Shown: positions 59,901-64,000 of the stretch, in pieces
How positions within the stretch are numbered: position 1 is the first letter of the stretch
How the letters are laid out: each line of letters starts with the position of its first letter
Origin: Antedon mediterranea
Taxonomy: Eukaryota; Animalia; Echinodermata
Reading direction: 5' to 3'
DNA length: 64,000 nt
Assembly: GCF_964355755.1 (NCBI RefSeq)
Contig: NC_092678.1
Coordinates: forward strand, 2,310,422-2,374,421
The notes under the pieces: generated by a model
Databases searched by the model: none
Seen by the model: only the letters and a program-made list of their open reading frames with translations
Told to the model about the DNA's origin: nothing
Position numbers and translations under genes: made by a program

Positions 59901-62640
59901 GTTACATCTCTCTCTGTAAGTTTGCCTTTCACATGCTAGGCCGATTGCCAGTCATATGTTACATCTCTCTCTGTAAGTTTTCCTTTCACATGCTAGGCCG
60001 ATTGCCAGTCATATGTTACATCTCTCTCTGTAAGTTTGCCTTTCGCATGCTAGGCCGATTGCCAGTCATATGTTACATCTCTCTCTGTAAGTTTGCCTTT
60101 CACATGCTAGGCCGATTGCCAGTCATATGTTACATCTCTCTCTGTAAGTTTGCCTTTCGCATGCTAGGCCGATTGCCAGTCATATGTTACATCTCTCTCT
60201 GTAAGTTTGCCTTTCACATGCTAGGCCGATTGCCAGTCATATGTTACATCTCTCTCTGTAAGTTTGCCTTTCGCATGCTAGGCCGATTGCCAGTCATATG
60301 TTACATCTCTCTCTGTAAGTTTGCCTTTCACATGCTAGGCCGATTGGCAGTCATATGTTGCATCTCTCTCTGTAAGTTTGCCTTTCACATGCTAGGCCGA
60401 TTGCCAGTCATATGTTACATCTCTCTGTAAGTTTGCCTTTCGCATGCTAGGCCGATTGCCAGTCATATGTTACATCTCTCTCTGTAAGTTTGCCTTTCAC
60501 ATGCCAGGCCGATTGCCAGTCATATGTTGCATCTCTCTCTGTAAGTTTGGTCAGTTAATGTATCACTTTTGTTTCTCTCAGATTTGGTCTCAAACAGCAG
60601 TTAATAGCAAACTGGTACCACGTACTGACACGCTCTCAAAGGTCCGTGTAGCATCTGTTTTCGCAAATCAGGATGAGAAAAAAGACGATAACAATGATGA
60701 AATTACTGTCTTAGAAAAAGTTAGAGAAGTGAGTAATATTAAATGATGAATATATATTCTTCTGTTTTTTAACAGCTATAATTTTATTTTTTGATGATTT
60801 TTAAATTTTTGATTTAGTTGATGATTAGAAGGAACTTGAGTTACAATTTACAGTCCTTATTTAATTTATGTTCAGCGCATTGAGAGCTTGCTTATATACG
60901 CTATATAAGAATGAATTATTATCTCTAAAATGCTTTTTATATTTCTCAGACGGTCGAGGCGGAAGTTGTAAACCCAGAGGAGGGTTGTAAATATTATGAG
61001 CAGATGCAGTTTGGAGCAATGTGGTATAAATTGGGTGATCACGTGTTTGTCCGCTCTGATCAACTCAGACCGTTCATCGCTAGAATTGACAAAATGTGGT
61101 TGGATGCTAAGTAAGTCATTCATATTTTTTTGATATCTTTTTTAGTAAAAATCTTGATACAATAAATACACTGGTGGGGTAGCCAACACTTGAAAGAAGA
61201 GGTTAAAACAAATGTTCATACACATGATTTACACATAATTGTTTGTTACAGCGAAGATCCCTGGTTCCACGGTCCTTGGTTTGTGCACCCGTCTGAGACG
61301 GAACATCCTCCGACACGGATGTTTTACAAGAATGAAGTCTTCCTCAGTTCTATTGAGGATACGAACCCGATGAGAAGCATCAGCGGAAAATGCGCTGTCC
61401 TGGGATACAAGGATTATACGTCATGTAAGTTAATTTATTTGTGGTCATGTGATCCTCTGATGGACATGCTCCATAAGCACTTTTCCAAAGTTTTCTAGTG
61501 TAGACTAGGCTAAAGCTCTTTGTACACCATCAAACTAGTTTGACAAAAAAAGTGTTATTTGTCCATGGTAGTGATATGCCTAAATATAGTAGTGATATGA
61601 CATCATCATATCCATATATGGGCACATCACATTTTTTTGTCAAACTAGTTCGATGGTGTAGACTGAGCTTAAAACTCCCAAATACAACAAACATTACATT
61701 AGATTTTTTATTCCAACCTTATATGTTTTAATATGAATGGCCTTTAATTAGAGGCATGAAGTACGTTTCTCTATGCACAGTTGTAGCCCAAACCTTCAGC
61801 ATTCCCCATTGTTGATGGTTTGTTTAAATTCATAACATGTGCTACAGTAACGCGTCTACTGGTAGCACTTTCAGCAGTATCTCATTGCTGACAGTGTCAC
61901 ACGTAGGTCAACATAGCTTGCTATCTTCATCAGACATTATAAATCAAAATTTGTGTTGGATTTCATTTCTAAATACATTTAACCCGTAAACTCTTTATTA
62001 TTCTACTGTTTAGACATGTTTGTGTACACTATTTACTAGAAGTTGGCTTTCTGTCCATTGATCTCATGAACATCAAAGACTGTTATTTAAATCACTGAGT
62101 TCACCAACCTTTTTTCGCAAACTAGTTTGTCAAGAAAGTACATGACCAAACTTCTGCAAAACAATCTTCTGCATTTTGCTGTAGTTTTATCAACCGGTCG
62201 AAACTGGCAAACTTTAGATAACTTTTTTTTCCAAACTCCAGAGTTTGCTCAAGCTTGCAAACTAAAGTTCATTAGTGTAGACTAGCCTTGATTGAGAGTT
62301 GAAAAAAAAATCAACGTATGAACAATTCATTTTTGTTTTCAAAGGTCGTCCAACCGAAGTTCCAGAAGAACATGTGTTTATCTGCGAATCACAATACAAA
62401 GAAGCAGAAAAACAAATTCGCAAGATCAAACATCTGAAGAGGTTTAAATCTCTCTCAAACAAAGTCATTGATGATGAGATGTATTTCTTTAAGAAACCTA
62501 TCACCCCTCTTAAGGAGCCGTCGCCCCTCTTGAACGTCCAGGAGGAGGAAGAGGAGATTGAGGATGGGGTGTCACATATGGGTGATAGCGATACAGGGGT
62601 GGACTCTGAGAGTATTACATCCACCCCGAAACTGAAAGCG
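41659..62640 (+). CDS. PBRM1: Polybromo-1 (BAF180), 23 coding exons visible, 3' end beyond the window
   Basis: Exons 41659-41769, 41957-42054, 42429-42576, 43190-43327, 44342-44518, 45790-46023, 46263-46468, 47866-48208, 48369-48533, 50658-50792, 51000-51131, 51234-51384, 51927-52093, 52238-52668, 52921-53056, 56531-56689, 57314-57456, 58080-58218, 58516-58692, 60582-60728, 60950-61110, 61252-61424, 62345-62640, phase-consistent. Starts MSKRRR, has six bromodomains (e.g. PDYYEVVSSPIDL, NAKTFNEPGSQVYKDA) and two BAH domains (ETFHLATRKFLEKEVFKSDYYN; ETEHPPTRMFYKNEVFLS). Confidence 0.97.
44627..45214. repeat. Apparently perfect 294-bp tandem duplication containing part of a SINE-like element
   Basis: 44627-44920 is repeated at 44921-45214, including an identical 11-T run. 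Confidence 0.9.
46626..47378 (-). mobile_element. 3' fragment of a LINE, inserted into a SINE-like element
   Basis: The minus strand reads HSKPLFYKVKTLNIFDINKLQTALFMHK...HNYNTRN..., followed by an AT-rich UTR and an aataaa-(ttgaa)n tail. The host sequence cactt|taaagaacccag is contiguous in the related copy near 45229. Confidence 0.7.
48640..48830 (-). mobile_element. Possible decayed RTE-clade LINE C-terminal fragment
   Basis: Minus-strand peptide GRHRNRWPDGF...EA...(frameshift) D.SAWRR resembles the GRPxxRWxD...DRxxWR tail of RTE ORFs. Confidence 0.35.
51708..51850 (+). ncRNA. Intronic box H/ACA snoRNA candidate, copy 1
   Basis: Hairpin (gcac...gtgc; caaacc/ggtttg; tcagca/tgttga), H box ACAGTA at 51778-51783, hairpin (gcctac/gtaggc; tcagca/tgctga), then ACA plus 3 nt. 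Length 143 nt, sense to PBRM1. Confidence 0.8.
53174..53316 (+). ncRNA. Intronic box H/ACA snoRNA candidate, copy 2
   Basis: Near-identical to copy 1. Similarity starts just before tgcac and stops right after the ACA box. Confidence 0.8.
53444..56176 (+). CDS. LINE ORF2 (partial endonuclease plus reverse transcriptase), 910 aa; the first ~15 codons derive from the host MITE
   Basis: Uninterrupted ORF with the YADD catalytic motif. The start codon lies in MITE sequence. Confidence 0.85.
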   Translation: MFIYGHITFFCHIIVLRRDRDRKGGGVCTYIRDDIAFNRRSDIESDEAEVLWIELILPKTKPIIIGTCYRPPKQTNFLTLFENMLSKIGMDSELIVVGDFNICTLTKSSLLNSYNQILSMFSLSNKVTEPTRICPTVASCLDHILCNNENKISQSGTIATGLSDHLMTFCTRKTIKLKFNGHKNVYIRSLKNYTVDQFRNILIDIDWSVVTSIGDVNEALYKFNALLLAAIDSIAPLKNIRMKQRTEPWLTREILQDIETRDKLLNMYNKNKNNTDLLIQFRKLRNKIQRDINKAKSNHLLNKAEENKNNPKKLWKMFKGLGYSNTSKDSAKTVIDLPNGTKCFDPAKIASCFNEYFTTIAANLVSKLPSPKNVYDCTSSKLKDFYRTVSGNNFMLNSVDEDFIYSELNKLNATKSTGVDKIPPRFIKDGAEILKVPITYIINLSISTSTVPEDMKKAKVIPLYKKGSRTDIGNYRPISILSTRSKILEKAVFIQIEKYLTENNVLYKYQSGFRAAFSTDTCLIDLVDSLKTQTSKGNFSGMVLVDLKKAFDTVDHDILCNKLKLMGIGSIEWFKSYLSIRKQIVTVDDHCSQSCTVTCGVPQGSILGPLLFLCFVNDMVTCIDPDCKLLLYADDSAIVYSHRNPDIISKKLGSTLDSLCDWLVDNKLTINLDKTECILFGSKRKTKNVNNFNVSTNGNNINTSNCVKYPGIEIDQNLTCSEYACKTIKKINNRLKFMYRQRKILSCKNRKLLCSALIQCVFDYAASSWFCGTSKAIQRKLQIAQNKMVRLIKGVEPRRHIGADQLDDYGLLNVKYRVKFLQISQVHKIFMGRSASYLNENFRRVNNLHGHFTRGSKLNFVVPKVQGIECNTFYFNAIREWNNLPDYIKQISNTSKFKTELKQYYKIKHR
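53488..56480 (+). mobile_element. 5'-truncated non-LTR retrotransposon (CR1/L2-group LINE) in a PBRM1 intron
   Basis: The ORF covers a partial AP endonuclease (RRDR..GGGV, YRPP, GDFN, LDHI, LSDH) and RT (NYRPIS, QSGFR, DLKKAFDTVDH, GVPQGSILGPLLF, YADD). The 3' UTR ends aataaatgaaagaaaagaaa. The element interrupts the right TIR of a family-A MITE (atagt | tagacaggg). Confidence 0.95.
56918..57280 (-). mobile_element. L2/CR1-like LINE 3' end fragment
   Basis: Minus-strand peptide LLSVPRIATKTFGHRSFSFAAHTLWNSLP...FKKLLKT, then a short UTR and an (AAT)n tail. Confidence 0.8.
57735..57945. repeat. 21-bp minisatellite (GCATATCACTACCGTATTTGG), about 10 copies, inside a family-A MITE
   Basis: The unit matches the internal catatcactaccatatttggg motif present 1-2 times in other family-A copies. 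Confidence 0.92.
58955..60548. repeat. 57-bp minisatellite, about 28 copies, in a PBRM1 intron
   Basis: Unit gcctttcgcatgctaggccgattgccagtcatatgttacatctctctctgtaagttt. It accounts for the 488-aa repetitive ORF. Confidence 0.97.
61774..61916 (+). ncRNA. Intronic box H/ACA snoRNA candidate, copy 3
   Basis: Near-identical to copies 1 and 2. Stem changes gcctac>gtctac and gtaggc>gtaggt keep pairing through G-U. Confidence 0.8.
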
Positions 62641-62867
62641 GTAAGTCGAACCTCGCGGTATTCCCAAATTATTTTTTTACCTGATTAAAGCAACAAAAAC
62701 TACCGTAAACATTCAAAAAGTATCTATAAATGTTCTTGTGTTATTATAACCTGTAAAATTGAAATGCATTACTTTACACAATAATGATGGTGTAATAGAG
62801 GGTTGTGAATACACTGGGGTGGATTGCAGTACTAAACAATGCCTTTTGTTTGCGAGCTTAACTCTTA

Positions 62868-63613
62868 AGCCTATTTTACACTAGACGAATTTATTCGCGC
62901 GACGCGAATTATTTCGAGGATACGCATGCGCTGTTTGTTTTTTCTTTGAAACGTTACCTTCGCAGCATCGCTCTAGCCGCTCGCAATTTTTCGCCGCGAC
63001 GAAAAAGTGAGTTCGACCAGTTTTAACTTTTTCGTTGATCGTCGCAGCGAAATAAAGCGCAAGCCAATAAAATCGATAGAAATGTCTACGTCATACTTGT
63101 AACCTGACCAGACCTGACCTTTTATTCCTCCTCATCCCGAGAAAAAAATGGATGAAAATAATATTTCGTGGTTCTGTGATACATTACTAGTTCAATTAAT
63201 AGTACAATTGATGCTACTGATATCGAGGAAAACATCGAAGAGCCAAATGTTGCACTTGAATTTAACAAGGAACTGTTCTTGTAATGACAGGCCGATGAAA
63301 CAAACTGCCTGGGTGAAAATAGGGCAAGTCTTTAACAAAGACGGTAAGTATACTAGGCCTAGGCCTAGGTATACTAATTATTAATTTTAGTATATATATT
63401 ATTAGTTAATAATCGTGATTTTATAAGTAATAGTTGTCTAACATTCACTGCAGCCATTTTCATTTTGCGCTAATCATCGCTAATGGCGCGAAAACTACCG
63501 AGCGAATCGAATCACGAATTGCTAGTGTAAAATAAAATATACAATCGCGCGAACTTTTTCGCGGCGAAATAATTCGCGTCGCGCGAATAAATTCGTCTAG
63601 TGTAAAATAGGCT
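62868..63613 (+). mobile_element. Non-autonomous PIF/Harbinger element (family C) with about 48-bp TIRs and a MADF/Myb-like exon relic
   Basis: TIR agcctattttacactagacgaatttattcgcgcgacgcgaattatttcg and its inverse, with TTA on both sides. The interior encodes ...DRPMKQTAWVKIGQVFNKD followed by the donor gtaagt. Confidence 0.85.
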
Positions 63614-63616
63614 TTA

Positions 63617-63795
63617 AGCTTGGTTCCCACTAGAACGTAACGCAAGGACGTAAACGCAACGCAAGCGTTTTAACCAATGACAAGCGAAGTTATAGACAGT
63701 TAGCAATCACAAGCGAATAAGCCATCGCTTGTGATTGGTCAATTCACTTGCGTTGCGTTACGTCCTTGCGTTGCGTCGCTAGTGGGAACCACGAT
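63617..63795. mobile_element. Family-B MITE, TTA on both sides
   Basis: Inverted near-identical copy of 18875-19053. Confidence 0.88.
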
Positions 63796-63798
63796 TTA

Positions 63799-63953
63799 AG
63801 CTCTGTCTACACTATCAAACTTTATGTGACAATAAAAATGTGATGTGCCCTTATAATGATGATGTCATATCACTGCCATATTTAAGCATATCACTACCAT
63901 ATTTGGGCACATCACACTATTTTTGTCAAACTAGTTTGATAGTGTAGACAGAG
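63799..63953. mobile_element. Family-A MITE
   Basis: agctctgtctacactatcaaact...agtttgatagtgtagacagag. Confidence 0.88.
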
Positions 63954-64000
63954 AGTACACATATACATATTGCAATTCTCCCCATGTGTGTATACTGAAA

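Noticed and set aside
58964-60430. 488-aa ORF of repeated MLGRLPVICYISLCKFAFR
   Set aside because: By-product of a 57-bp (19-codon) stop-free minisatellite inside a PBRM1 intron. There is no unique coding sequence.

Overview
AT-rich, intron-rich animal genomic DNA, probably a marine invertebrate. An echinoderm is an unverified guess from gene structure and repeat content. Genes reconstructed by hand from splice sites and reading phase, left to right: a possible 5' end of a minus-strand gene running off the left edge; tafazzin (8 exons, 262 aa); an 8-finger zinc-finger gene whose spliced N-terminus looks like a degenerate MADS-box dimerisation module; a 2-exon Tyr-motif/death-domain adaptor; a minus-strand CYP26-family P450 with an atypical I-helix (AAHENP, no conserved Thr); a divergent tandem Rab7 paralog with a candidate in-frame Gag-like N-terminal exon, a frameshift and a read-through C-terminus; canonical Rab7; and polybromo-1 (23 coding exons, 6 bromodomains and 2 BAH domains, running off the right edge). 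PBRM1 introns hold three near-identical copies of a 143-nt box H/ACA-type RNA, other nested-helix RNA candidates, and a 5'-truncated LINE with a long open ORF inserted inside a MITE. The window also has PIF/Harbinger-type MITEs (three stacked head-to-tail), an IS3EU-like palindromic MITE, two Helentron/DINE-like elements and several minisatellites, some derived from transposons. All calls were made by eye; no database searches were run.
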